Source: Malacoraja senta (Eukaryota). Taken from it: a stretch of DNA of 64,000 nucleotides. The stretch lies in NCBI GenBank assembly GCA_038087875.1, contig CM075996.1, positions 9,426,001-9,490,000 of the forward strand, in the 5' to 3' direction. Each line of letters opens with the position of its first letter. Position 1 is the stretch's first letter. This document shows, in pieces, positions 1 to 11,512 of the stretch. Below the pieces are notes generated by a model, which saw only the letters and a program-made list of their open reading frames with translations, ran no database searches and was not told the DNA's origin. Made by a program: the position numbers and the translations under genes.

Positions 1-102
1 GTCCAGGAGCGCTTTGGCTCGGCGTCTTCCGTTCCGCGACACGGCAACGTAGTTCTCATGGTCCTTCTGATGGCTCTCCATGGAGTAATCTGGCATCAGC
101 TC
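1..102 (-). CDS. SGSM3: SGSM3 coding exon, partial ([34 protein letters not shown]...), start of SH3 domain
   Basis: ccatag acceptor at 103-108; RRAKALLD(F) is the SH3 start; the exon runs off the window edge. Confidence 0.95.
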
Positions 103-236
103 CTATGGAGGAGGAGGCAAGTCAATCCCTGGTCTTGGAAGGTAGACAAAAATGCTGGAGACTCAGCGGGTGAGGCAGCATCTATGGAGCGAAGGAATAG
201 GTCGAAACGTCACCTATTCCTTCGCTCCATAGATGC

Positions 237-1540
237 TCAGATCAGATTCAGATTCAGATTCAACTTTATTGTCATTGTGCAGTGTACAGTACAGAGACAA
301 CGAAATACAGTTAGCATCTCCCTAGAAGAGCGACATAAATATGAGCAATAAATAAATCTATTTACGTGCATACAGTCACAGTATATTTTTTTTCCTGGTG
401 GGAGGAGTGTCCGGGGGGGGGGGGGGGGATGATTGGCAGTCACCGAGGTACAGTGTTGAGTAGTGTAACTGCCGCAGGGAAGAAGCTGTTCCCGGACCTG
501 CTGGTCCGGCAACGGAGAGACCTGTAGCGCCTCCCGGATGGTAGGAGGGTAAACAGTCTGTGGTTGGGGTGAGAGCAGTCCTTGGCGATGCTGAGCGCCC
601 TTCGCAGACAACGCTTGCTTTGGACAGACTCAATGGAGGGGAGTGAGGAACCGGTGAAGCTTTGGGCGGTTTTCAACACCCTCTGCAGTGCTTTCCGGTC
701 GGAGACAGAGCAGTTGCCATTCCATACTGTGATACAGTTGGTAAGGATGCTCTCGATGGTGCAGCGGTAGAAGTTCACCAGAATCTGAGGAGACAGATGG
801 ACCTTCTTTAGTCTCCTCAGGAAGAAGAGACGCTGGTGAGCCTTCTTGACCAGAGTTGAGGTATTGTGGGTCCAAGAGAGGTCATCGGAGATGTTGACCC
901 CCAGGAACCTGAAGCTGGAAACACGTTCCGCCTCCGTCCCGTTAATGTAGATGGGGGTGTGCGTGCCGCCCCTAGACTTCCTGAAGTCTACAATGAGCTC
1001 CTTGGTCTTCTTGGAGTTAAGGGCCAGGTTGTTGTCAGCGCACCATGCTGCTAGGAGCTGGACCTCCTCCCTATAGGCCGACTCATCGTTGTTGCTGATG
1101 AGGCCAATCACCGTTGTATCATCTGCATACTTGATGATGGTGTTAGTACCATGTACAGGTGTGCAGTCGCAGGTGAAGAGGGAGTAGAGGAGGGGGCTCA
1201 GCACACAGCCCTGTGGAACGCCGGTGTTCAGGGTGAGGGTTGAAGAGGTGTGCTTGTCTAACCTAACAGACTGGGGTCTGTTGGTTAGAAAGTCCAGTAT
1301 CCAGTTGCAGAGGGAGGGGTCGATGCACCCCCCCGAGTTTGGTGATCAGTTTAGAGGGTATGATGGTGTTGAATGCTGAGCTGTAATCGATGAACAGCAT
1401 TCTTATGTAAGTGTCTCTGTTGTCGAGGTGGGAGAGGGCAGAGTGAAGTGCCGTTGAGATGGCATCCTCCGTACTCCTGTTCTTGCGGTAGGCGATCTGA
1501 TAGGGGTCCAGTGTGGGGGGTAGGCAGCCTTTGAGGTGCC
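237..1540 (-). mobile_element. Rex1/Babar-type non-LTR retrotransposon, 5'-truncated (RT C-terminal half)
   Basis: ORFs 440..1204 and 1263..1727 give RT motifs ([39 protein letters not shown]) and C-terminal [10 protein letters not shown]; (TCTGAA)n tail near 237-262. Confidence 0.9.
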
Positions 1541-1944
1541 TCACCCGCTGAGTTTCTCCAGCATTTTTGTCTACCTTCGATTTCTCCAGCGTTTGCAGTT
1601 CTTTCTTAAACCCCCTGGTCTTGGAAGGTACAGTCAGGCACAGCAACAAGTGAGCCACAGCACGTGGAATGGAGTTGGGGATAGAGAGGTGTGGGCATAA
1701 TCTAAACCCTGCACACTGCACTACCAATAATTCGCTTCATTGTCCAGAAGATTATAGCAAACATTGCAGAAGTAGAAAAGACGGATCTCTTTCTGGAATT
1801 AAACACCGAGGTTTATCTCGGGAGTGCAGCCATCTTGCTCTGCAGTAAGGAAAGAGCTGGAGACACTCAGTGGGCCGGGCAGCATCCGTGGAGGGAAATG
1901 GTCCGTTGATGTCCTGGGTTGAGACCCTTCATCTAGACGGCTTC

Positions 1945-2247
1945 ATCTTTCGAGATACAGCGTGGAAACAGGTCCTTCGGCCCACCGGGTCCGCGCCGGT
2001 CAACGATCCTCGCACACTAACACTATCCTACACACACGAGGGACGATTTACATTTATACCAAGCCAATTAACCTACAAACCTGTACGTCTTTGGAGTGTG
2101 GGAAGAAGCTGGAGATGCAAAGAAAAGCCACGCAGGTCACCGGGAGAACGTACAATCTCCATACAGGCAAGCACCGGTAGTCAGGATCGAACCCGGGTCT
2201 CTGGCGCTGCGAGGCAGCAACTCTACCGCTGCACCACCGTGCCGCAC
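1945..2247 (-). mobile_element. tRNA-derived V-SINE (HE1-like); representative of more than 25 copies in the window
   Basis: tRNA-like head with A/B-box-like motifs (GGTTCGATCC), V-domain core (GTTCTCCCCGTGACCTGCGTGGGTTTTCTCC...CCTCCCACACTCCAAAGAC) and a CR1-like 3' end. Other copies near 6069, 18660, 24630, 30130, 33935, 34825, 42785, 43533, 44753, 45718, 50735, 59795, 60835, 63720. Confidence 0.85.
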
Positions 2248-2664
2248 CACATCTAATCCTGATTTCCCAGCTATAGGAAATGTGTCAGTAATTTGGGAAG
2301 GCTACAGAAGAGAGACACCAGGATGTTACCTGGTCATGCAGACTTGCTTTGGAGGGAGAGGCTGGAAAACTGGGACCTTGTTCTTTGGAGAATAGGAGTC
2401 TCTAGGGTGATGTAAAACCACGAGAGGCATGGTTAAAGTGAACGTTCACAGTCTTTTCCCCACAGTAGGGGATTTTTAAGCCAGAGGGCATCGGCTTAAG
2501 GAGAATGAAAGAGGGTAAGAGGCAACTTTTTCACTTAGAGAGTAGTTTGCATCTGGGAGGAGCTGCCAGAAAACTGATGGAAGCGGACACAATTACAGAT
2601 ATCAATGACATTTAGAGAGATCTACAGACAGGGAGGGTTCAGAGGGATATGGGCCAAATGCAAT

Positions 2665-3092
2665 GGAGAATGGAGCGGATGGACTTGTACACTCTGGAGT
2701 TTAGAAGAATGAGAGGGGATCTTATTGAAACATATAAGATTATTCAGGTTTGGACACGCTAGACAGGAAACATGTTCCCGATGTTGGGGGAGTTCAGAAC
2801 CAGGGGCCACAGTTTAAGAATAAGGGGTGAGCCATTTAGAACGGAGATGAGGAAAAACCTTTTCACCCAGAGAGTTGTGTCTATGGAATTCTCTGCCTCA
2901 GAGGGCGGTGGAGGCCGGTTCTCTGGATACTTTCAAGAGAGAGCTAGATAGGGCTCTTAAAGATAGCAGTCAGGGGATATGGGGAGAAGGCAGGAACGGG
3001 ATACTGATTGGGGATGATCAGCCTTGATCACATTGAATGGCGGTGCTGGCTCGAAGGGCCGAATGACCTACTCCTGCGCCTATTGTCTATTG
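2665..3092 (+). mobile_element. CR1 LINE 3' fragment
   Basis: GLYTLEFRRMRGDLIETYKI...TRGHSLRI coding remnant, 3' UTR and (CTATTGT)n tail. Confidence 0.85.
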
Positions 3093-3852
3093 CAAGCAGA
3101 AGACCAACTTGGTTGGCATGGATAAGTTGGACTGAAGGGCCTGTTTCCATTCTGTATAGGTTTGTGACTGTAATGATATGGAGGCTCTGGTGGAGGGTGT
3201 AGAAGAGGTTTACCAGGAGGTTTTGTGGACTGGGGTGTATTTATTCTTGTTGGAGCATCAGCGATCGAGGGGCAACATGATAGAAGTATATATATAATTA
3301 CAAGAAGCACAGATAGGATAATAGTCAATAGACAATAGGTGCAGGAGTAGGCCATTCAGCCCTTCGAGCCAGCACCGCCATTCAATGTGTTTATGGCTGA
3401 TCATCCCCAATCAGTACCCCGTTCCTGCCTTCTCCCCATATCCCCTGACTCCGCTATCTTTAAGAGCTCTATCTAAGTTGAAGATAGTTGAAGTCTTTTT
3501 TCCCCAGGGTGGAAATGTCAAATATTATAGGTACAGGTTTAAGGTGAGGGGAGGACATTTTAAAGGAGATACATGAGGCAATGTTTTTCATACGAAGTGT
3601 GATGGATGTCTGGAAATGCCAGGTGAGGTGGTATCAGCAGATATGACAGCAATGTTTATTTACGAGGCATTTAGATACATCTGTGAACAGACAGTGAATA
3701 GAGGGATATGCACTATATGCAGGAGGATCTGTTTAGTTTACATCTTAGATAGACACAAAATGCTGGAGTAACTCAGCGGGACAGGCAGCATCTCTGGAGA
3801 GGAGTGGGTGACGTTTTGGGTCGAGACCTTTCTTCAGATCATGGGTGAGGTT

Positions 3853-5045
3853 CAGGCACGTGCTCTCGGTAGGCAAGGTGGGCACTGCCGACCCTGACTA
3901 AAATTATAAAATGATAATTATTAAATATAAATAATATATGCACGGGAGAATTATGCTGAACTAAGAGATCGATCTCTTAGGTAGGCATAATTCTCCGTGC
4001 CTTTCATGCGCAGTACATGTAAGACGGGAAAGTGTGTGCAGCCCACGTGCCGTGGACGCTGCTTCAAGCTGTCAATTTCAAGCAGAGCTGAAGGCAGCTG
4101 AAATTCTGCCTTTGCAGCGTGGACTGTGTACTGCGCATCCGCAGCCCAAGCGGCTGTAAAGTGGGAAGCGGCTGTAAAAGGACAGCGCCGCTGGGTGGGG
4201 GGGGGGGGGGGGAGAGAGTTCCTTCCACAGCATGTGGCGAGTCTGGCCAGCGGTAAAGTTGCGGGAGGGCAGGAGCGTTGAGAAGGAGGGGGTCGGGGAT
4301 CATGCCAGAGCAACCAGCTCAAGAGCGGGTCAGCGGGCGATGGATAACAGGACAGTGGGCGGTGGAGCTTACTCCATGTGTCAGTGCGAGTAACCTCAAT
4401 TGGTCCCTTGTTTCCGCTGACACAGGAGTGTCCACTGCCCGCTGTCCTGATATCCATTGCCTGCTGACGCTCTCCGCTCTATGATCTTTGCACTTGAGCT
4501 GGTCCCCTCACTGTTCAGAGAGCACTGCCAGAGGTGAGCAGGCCGGCAGAAGGCGCTGAGGTCCGGCGGCCCGAGCTGCTTCCCTCCCCGGCCACAATGC
4601 GGTGGCTCCGCGCCCGGAGCGCCGAGGCAGCGGTGAGTGAGTGGGTTACTGGCATGATCCCCGACCCCCTCCTTCTCAACGCTCCTTCCTTCCCGGCAAC
4701 TTTACCCCTGGCCAGACTCACCACCCTCTGTGAAAGGAACCCTCCCCCCAATTGGCCCCTTGAACCAGTATTGTCATTCAATAAGATCACAACTGATTCA
4801 ACTTGTCCCGGTGTGCTCCCGGTTTTCCCACCATCTCTCCACCTGCCGTCACCCTCCACCACCCACCCATTCAGTAATTCAGAATGAAGGAGATTTAGAA
4901 GCCTTGGGCAAATTGAATTGTTACTTTCTATAATTTTATTCTTTATTTTTACAGAGAGGAGAACAATCTGCGCATGCGCGGTTTACGATTTTTTTTAAAG
5001 CCGACTGACTGCCTACCCTGAGTAATTACTCACGGCACGTGCCTG
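3853..5045. mobile_element. Non-autonomous hAT-type DNA transposon (1193 bp)
   Basis: 11-bp perfect TIRs CAGGCACGTGC...GCACGTGCCTG; 8-bp TSD gtgaggtt (3845-3852) / atgaggtt (5046-5053); subterminal CTGCC(G/T)ACCCTGA motifs. Confidence 0.85.
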
Positions 5046-5814
5046 ATGAGGTTTCAGGTCGAGACCCTTCTTCAGACATCATGTTTGGCATAGACATGGT
5101 GGGCTGAAGGGCCTTTTCCTGTACTGTTCTGTAATCTACAGTTCAGCCCCCTACCACCACGCTTAGTCAATCCCTTGCCCAACTATCTACCCCACCCATC
5201 TCTGATATCCACTCCCATCCCAGACACATGCAGACCAGGCAACTGAACACTGTGGGAAACTACATCCCAAAGCATTGGTTTGGGATAGGGGAGTCAGTCA
5301 GGGTGCAAATTTAAATACTAGAGGGCACAGCTTGAACCAGTATTGTCATTCAATAAGATCACAACTGATTCAACTTGTCCCGGTGTGCTCCCGTTTTTCC
5401 CACCAACTCTCCACCTGCCGGCACCCTCCACCACCCACCCAAGGTGAGAGCGGCAAAGTCTAAAGGAGATGTGCAGTGTAATAATAATAAATAGTTTTAA
5501 TAATAATCATTTGACGAGTGGTTGAGCAGATAGTGACTGTGCCACGCAAGGTGGAAGCTGCCATAGAGTCATTGAATGATACAGCGTGGAAACAGGCCCT
5601 TCCACCCAACTTGCCCACACCGGCCAACATGTCCCAGCTACACTAGTCCCACCTGCCCGCGTTTGGTCCATATCCCTCCAAACCTGTCCTATCCATGTAC
5701 CTGTCTAACTGTTAAACATTGGGATAGTCCTTGCCTCAACTACCTCCTCTGGCAGCTTGTTCCATACACCCACCACCCTTTGTGTGATTATGTTGCTGTG
5801 TTGAATCTACTCAC

Positions 5815-5945
5815 GATGCTGCAGTTTCTGGGGTCGAGGCACTGGAAGTGTCGGGCAACCTGCAGGATGGCCTCTCGCAGCTCGGCCACCAGCTCCGTCT
5901 GCTTGATGTTCTTCGCCTTCAGGGCCTCAGCGTCTTCATTGTCCC
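5815..5945 (-). CDS. SGSM3: SGSM3 coding exon ([44 protein letters not shown])
   Basis: 131 nt, phase 1/0; caacag acceptor and gtgagt donor. Confidence 0.96.
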
Positions 5946-6370
5946 CTGTTGGTGAGAATGGGTGTAAACCAAGCATGAGTGTAGCCCAGACCATCACACA
6001 AACCAACCTCCCCTCTACTGACTCCATTTACACCTCACGCTGCCTCGGTAAGGCCAGCAGCATTTGGTGCGGTCACGGTGGCGCAGTGGTAGAGTTGCTG
6101 CCTTACAGCGAATGTAGCGCCGGAGACCGGGTTTGATACCGACTACGGGTGTTGTCTGTATGTAGTTTGTACGTTCTCCCCGTGACCTGCGTGGGTTTTC
6201 TCCGCGCTTTGGTTTCCTCCCACACTCCAAAGACGTACAGGTTTGTAGGTTAATTAGCTTGGTAAATGTAAAAAATTGGCCCTAGTGGGTGTAGGATAGT
6301 GTTAATGTGCGGGGATCGCTGGTTGGCGCGGACCCGGTGTTTCCGCACTGTATCTCTAAACTAAACTAAA

Positions 6371-6740
6371 GCATAATCAAGGACAAGTCGCACCCTGGCC
6401 ACTCCCTCTTCTCCCCTCTCCCATCAGGCAAAAGGTATAGAAGTGTGAAAACGCACACCTCCAGATTCAGGGACAGTTTCTTCCCAACTGTTATCACACA
6501 ACTGAACCATCCTACCACAACTAGAGAGCAGTGCTGAAATACTATCTACCTCATTGGAGACCCTCAGACTATCGTTGATCGGACTTTGCTGGCTTTACCT
6601 CGCGCTATACATTATTCCCTTATCATGTATCTATACACTGTAAATGGCTTGATTGTAATTAATGTATTTCCTCTTGAGTAGATAGCACGTAACAAATGCT
6701 TTTCACTGTACTTTGGTACACGTGACAATAAACTAAACTG
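6371..6740 (+). mobile_element. Rex1/L2-like LINE 3' fragment with (CTAAA)n tail
   Basis: HPGHSLFSPLPSGKRYRSVKTHTSRFRDSFFPTVI coding remnant plus conserved 3' UTR ending ACACGTGACAATAAACTAAAC; the same 3' end recurs near 7000, 7850, 12740, 22901, 25500-26100, 37700. Confidence 0.75.
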
Positions 6741-7468
6741 TATCTGAATGGACCACGACACAGGCAAGTTTAATGGGAGTATGTGAAATGAAGCCCTGTT
6801 GTATTAAAGGAATGCAGGAGATGAGAGCCTAGTGTGTTCACGGAACACTGGAAATGGGGCCCCGATGTATTAATGATAGCCTGGAAATCAGTAGCAAGTT
6901 GGCCAGACGTTGAAGAATTGGATAGCGGGATATCAATGTTTTACTGGAGCTGTGTTGCATTCTACAGAAGCAAGACTGTTCTCCCCTTTTTCCCTTATCA
7001 TGTATATATACACTGTAAATGGCTCGATTGTAATCATGTTTTGTCGTTCTGCTGACTAGTAAGCACGCAACAAAAGCGTTTCACTGTACACGTGACAATA
7101 AACTAAACTGAAACTGATTAGGATGGATGCCGAGGTCAACATTTCTATATGTGCATCTGTCGCAAACTTCGAGGCACGGTGAATCTTGTGGGTGACAATT
7201 GTCCTCAGGGTAGTGAATAAAGGTCGGCGGAATGATGGCAGATGAAAATTAACGTTGAAAATTTGAAATGTTACCTTTTGGGAGGAGGAATGAGAAGAAT
7301 AGAGACCGAGAGGGTAAAGGTTGATAGTTATATAGGTGTGTAGGAAAGACCTGCAGATGCTGGTCTACACCGAAGACAGACACAAAAAGCTGAAGTAACT
7401 CTGCGGGACAGGCAGCATCTCTGGAGACAAGGAACGGGGTGACGTTTCGGGCCAAGAAACGACCCTGT

Positions 7469-7496
7469 CTGAAGAAGGGCTCCGACCCGAAACGTC
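7469..7496 (+). ncRNA. Minimal type I hammerhead ribozyme-like motif in a Penelope pLTR (representative copy)
   Basis: CTGAAGA-A-GGGctccgaCCC-GAAA-C-GTC: CUGANGA core, stem II, GAAA, palindromic ACGT stem III and a GUC site. Copies on + at 9712, 13394, 31790, 47405, 49520; on - at 3810, 29548, 46416, 58113 and others. Confidence 0.6.
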
Positions 7497-8005
7497 ACCC
7501 TTACAGATTGTGGTTTATTGGTTCAGCCACAACGGGAGTGTAGAGCCTGGCACCGCATTCAGGAAAAGACTTCTTGATTAGTACGGGTGTCAGGGGTTAT
7601 GGGGAGAAGGCAGGAGAATGGGGTTGAGAGGGAAAGATAGATCAGCCAAGATTGAATGGTGGAGTCGACTTGATGGGCCGAATGGCCTAATTCTGCTCCT
7701 CGAAACCTATGAACACGAAGGTAAGGTGCGGACGTGCGTTTCCTGGGCTGAAAGACTTCAGACGTATGGATTGACTGGTGTAGCTGGGGATATTCTCCTT
7801 GGATCAGGAGAGGATGCTAGGGATGCAATATAGGCAGGTTAGTATAGTTTATTTTATTGTCACATGTACCGAGGTACTAAGAAAAGCTGTTGCTGCATGC
7901 TAACCAGTCAGCGGAAAGACAATACACCGATACAATCAAGCCATTTACAGTGTATAGATACATGATATGAAAATAACGTTTAGTGTAAGGTTAAGCCCGA
8001 TCAAA

Positions 8006-8452
8006 CATGGGTGGAAATCCTGGGGGGGACAGGGGGACGTGCCCCCCCCCCCTGCTTTGAGAGGTGGGGACGATCCCCCCCCCCCCCCCCTATGTTCTGT
8101 AATCCGGACTTTATCAGACGCTTTCTAAGGGCTGAATCGGCCCGTTCGCGGGGCCTTTCAACACCCGGCGCGGCTTAAAATCAAACTGCTGCATCGAGGC
8201 GACGAGGCTCCCGATGTTGAAGCCCCCGCCGGCCGATGAAAGACCCCGTGAACGGGCTGATTCAAGCCCCAGTATTCGGGGCGGACGAAGCTGCTGTTGC
8301 TGGAGTTGGGAGTCGGTCATCATCCAGGGCAGCTCCCGATATTACCGTCCACAGGGCCCACGGCCGAAACCTTGCGTGTGTACACATACGCGTGTGTGCA
8401 CGCGCGGCCGCCAAGAAATTGTGCCCCCCGCATGTTTTGATTTCCGTGCCTG
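8006..8452. mobile_element. Non-autonomous hAT-type DNA transposon (447 bp) inserted in a LINE 3' fragment
   Basis: Perfect 8-bp TSD CGATCAAA (7998-8005 / 8453-8460); imperfect TIRs CATGGGTGGAAATC / GATTTCCGTGCCTG. Confidence 0.8.
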
Positions 8453-9198
8453 CGATCAAAGATAATCTGAGGGTCAACCATGAGGTAGATGGGAGGTCAG
8501 GACTGCTCTCTGGTTGTGCTAGGATGGTTCAGCTGGGAAAAAAACTGTCCCTGAATCTGGAGGTGTGCGTTCTGGAGGTCCAGATGTAAGATAGTCACAG
8601 TAGATAGAATCTGTTCCCACTAGCAGAGGGGTCAAGGAACAGCAGTCACACACGGTGGAAAACATCTGAAGCAGCAAGAGCTACTGAAGGAAGCTTTCCC
8701 TCCCCCAACCCAGTGGTTGGATCTGAAACACTGCCATAGGCACCAGCAGAGGTTGATTCAACTTCAGCACTTAAAATGGAGCTGGATAAGTATCTGAGGG
8801 GAAAGATGGTGCGGGGTTTGGGGGAATGTGTGTGTGGGGGGGGGGGGGGGGGGCGGGGGAACGTGGATGAGATGATTTCTCTTGCTCAGAACGTTAGCCG
8901 GAGGGTGGTGAATCTGTGGAATTCATCGCCACAGACGGCTGTGGTGGCCAAGTCAATGGGTATTTTTAAAGCAGAGATTGACACGTTCTTGATTAGTACG
9001 GGTCAAAGATTAGCGGGAGAAGGCAGGAGAATGCCGTTGAAAGGGAAAGGTAGATCCACCATGATGGAATAGGGGAGCAGACTCGATGGGCCGAATGGCT
9101 CAATTCTGCTGCTGTGATTAATGAACTATCACAGATTTGACGGGCGGAGCAGTGAGATTCTGAAAGACGTCTCGCAGAACGGCGGAGAATAAATTTAC

Positions 9199-9253
9199 CG
9201 AAAAGTAGAGCTCCCAGGCCAGACTTCCTGCGATGGGACTGTCGTCGAACAAT
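9199..9253 (-). CDS. SGSM3: SGSM3 coding exon (IVRRQSHRRKSGLGALLF)
   Basis: 55 nt, phase 0/1; ctccag acceptor and gtaaat donor; equivalent to human VVRRRTQRRKSTITALLF. Confidence 0.9.
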
Positions 9254-10299
9254 CTGGAGATAAAGGGGAAAGAATGAGAGGAAGCAGTGACGGCAGGACT
9301 CGAGGTAACACAGTGATTTACAAATCAACCTATCCAGAGTTCAGCATCTAGGAGTTGGCCATGAGCATCTCTTTCCGAACTTGATCGATTGAATGATTGA
9401 TAGATACAGCATGGAAACAGGACCTTCAGTCCACCAAAGATAGACACAAACAGCTGGAGTAACTCAGCGGGACAGGCAGCATCTCTGGAGAGAAGGAATG
9501 GGTGACGTTTCTGCTCGAGACCCTTCTTCACATGTCTCGACCCAAAACGTCACCCCTTCCTTCTCCCCAGAGATGCTGCCTGTCCCGCTGAGTTACTCCA
9601 GCATTTTGTGTCTATCTTCGGTTTACACCAGCATCTGCAGTTCCTTCCTACACCTTCAGTCCACATGTCCAAGCCGACCACTGATCACACCCGTTCACAC
9701 TAGTTCCCCGTCTGAAGAAGGGTCTCGACCAGAAACGTCACCCCTTCCTTCTCTCCAGAGATGCTGCCTGTCCCGCTGAGTTACTCCAGCATTTTGTGTC
9801 TTTCTTTGGTGTAATCCAGCATCTGCAGTTCCTTCCTACACATGTAAATGTAAATGGTCCCCAGTGTGTGTAGGATAGCGTTAATGTGCGGGGATCGCTG
9901 GTCGGTGCGGACTCAGTGGGCCTAAGGGCCTGTTTCCGCGCTGTATCTCTAAACTAAACGAAATTACTTCACCCTGCAACCACTTTTGCACGGCACTCCC
10001 CCCTCCCCATCGATCCGCTCTCCCCGCATCTCTCGGAGGGGGTACCCCTCACATCCCACCACCCCTCGTGCCATCCTGTGCTCTGCCCCAGCGCTCTTTG
10101 CCCAGTGCCCCTTTCATGACTGGTGCTCTGGGCTCCCACTCCACACCCGGCTCAATCCCTGCACCCACTCAGTCCACCAGCCCCGTGCCCACACACACAC
10201 TGTGTGCCCACACTAACATGCCATTGTTTTGTCTGGGGAAGGGTCTCGACCTGAAACATCACCCATTCCTACATGCAGTTCTACATTCCTACATTCCTA

Positions 10300-10743
10300 A
10301 AAAGTTGCAAACACTACCCAGTCCATCATCGGCTCTGACCTCCCTACCATCGAGGGGATCTATCGCAGTCGCTGCCTCAAAAAGGCTGGCAGCATCATCA
10401 AGGACCCACACCATCCTGGCCACACACTCATCTCCCCGCTGCCTTCAGGTGGAAGGTACAGGAGCCTGAAGACTGCAACGACCAGGTTCAGGAATAGCTG
10501 CTTCCCCACAGCCATCAGGCTATTTAAACTCAACTAAAACAAAACTCTGAACTTTAATAGCCCATTATCTGTTTATTTATGTGTGTGTATATATATATTC
10601 ATTGGTATATAGACACACTGATCTGTTCTGTATTATTTATGCCTACTATGTTCTGTTGTGCTGAAGCAAAGCAAGAATTTCATTGTCCTATCTGGGACAC
10701 ATGACAATAAACTCTCTTGAATCTTGACTCTTGAATCTTGAAT
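10300..10743 (+). mobile_element. Rex1-type LINE 3' fragment
   Basis: Same sequence as 12000-12450 (DLPTIEGIYRSRCLKKAGSIIKDPHHPGH); (TCTTGAA)n tail. Confidence 0.85.
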
Positions 10744-11081
10744 CAGTATAAGGAGGTGAGGAGGCGTTGCAGCAAGAGCTACCACATGATAGTTGGTCAC
10801 AAAAGGCTGGAGTAACTCAGCGGGTCAGACAGCATCTTTGGAGAAAAGGAATTGGTGACGTTTCGGGTCGAAACTCAAGAAGGGTGTCGACCCGAAACGT
10901 TACCTATTCCTTCTCTCCATGGATGCTGCCTGCCTCATTGAGTTACTCCAGCATTTTGTGTCTATCTTCGGTGTAAACCAGCATCTGCGGACCCTTCCTA
11001 CACATGTTTTATCTTCACGCTCTTCCTACGAGCCATACAGACAGCATTGCCCAGGCCGACAGGAACCGATAAGTCACCCAC

Positions 11082-11210
11082 CTTTGAGAAGCTCGGCAGT
11101 GGAGACTGGGAGTTCAGCTGGCCTTGTTCCGCTATCAAGTAAGCTAGATGCTTGCTCCTCTGCGCTTCAATCATCGTCTCGGCCAACGAGCCAGCTATCG
11201 TCATCGACTC
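11082..11210 (-). CDS. SGSM3: SGSM3 coding exon (ESMTIAGSLAETMIEAQRSKHLAYLIAEQGQLNSQSPLPSFSK)
   Basis: 129 nt, phase 0/0; cttcag acceptor and gtgggt donor; KHLAYLIA(D/E)QGQL motif. Confidence 0.93.
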
Positions 11211-11512
11211 CTGAAGAGAAAGGACCAGGTAGTTATTGCACTCGTCTGCAAAAGGGAGGCAGGTTGATTGAAATATTTTGGGACATCTTTGGAATTTGTC
11301 TGGACTCGGGTGCGGAGCGAGACCTGGGAACGGAATCCAACAAAGGGAGACTGGAGTGGTGAGCGGAAAGTAGAGAGGGGAAAGTAGCGGAGGGAAAAGT
11401 AGAGAGAGGAAAGAAGTAGAGAGGGGAAAGTGGATCAGAGAGGGGAAAGTACAGGAGAGAGGGCAAGGTAGTAGCGAGGGGAAACTAGAGAGGGGAGGCT
11501 AGGAGTGGGAGC

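Noticed and set aside
6069..6150. tRNA-like sequences with A/B boxes
   Set aside because: These are SINE heads continuing into the V-domain and LINE-like tail, not tRNA genes.
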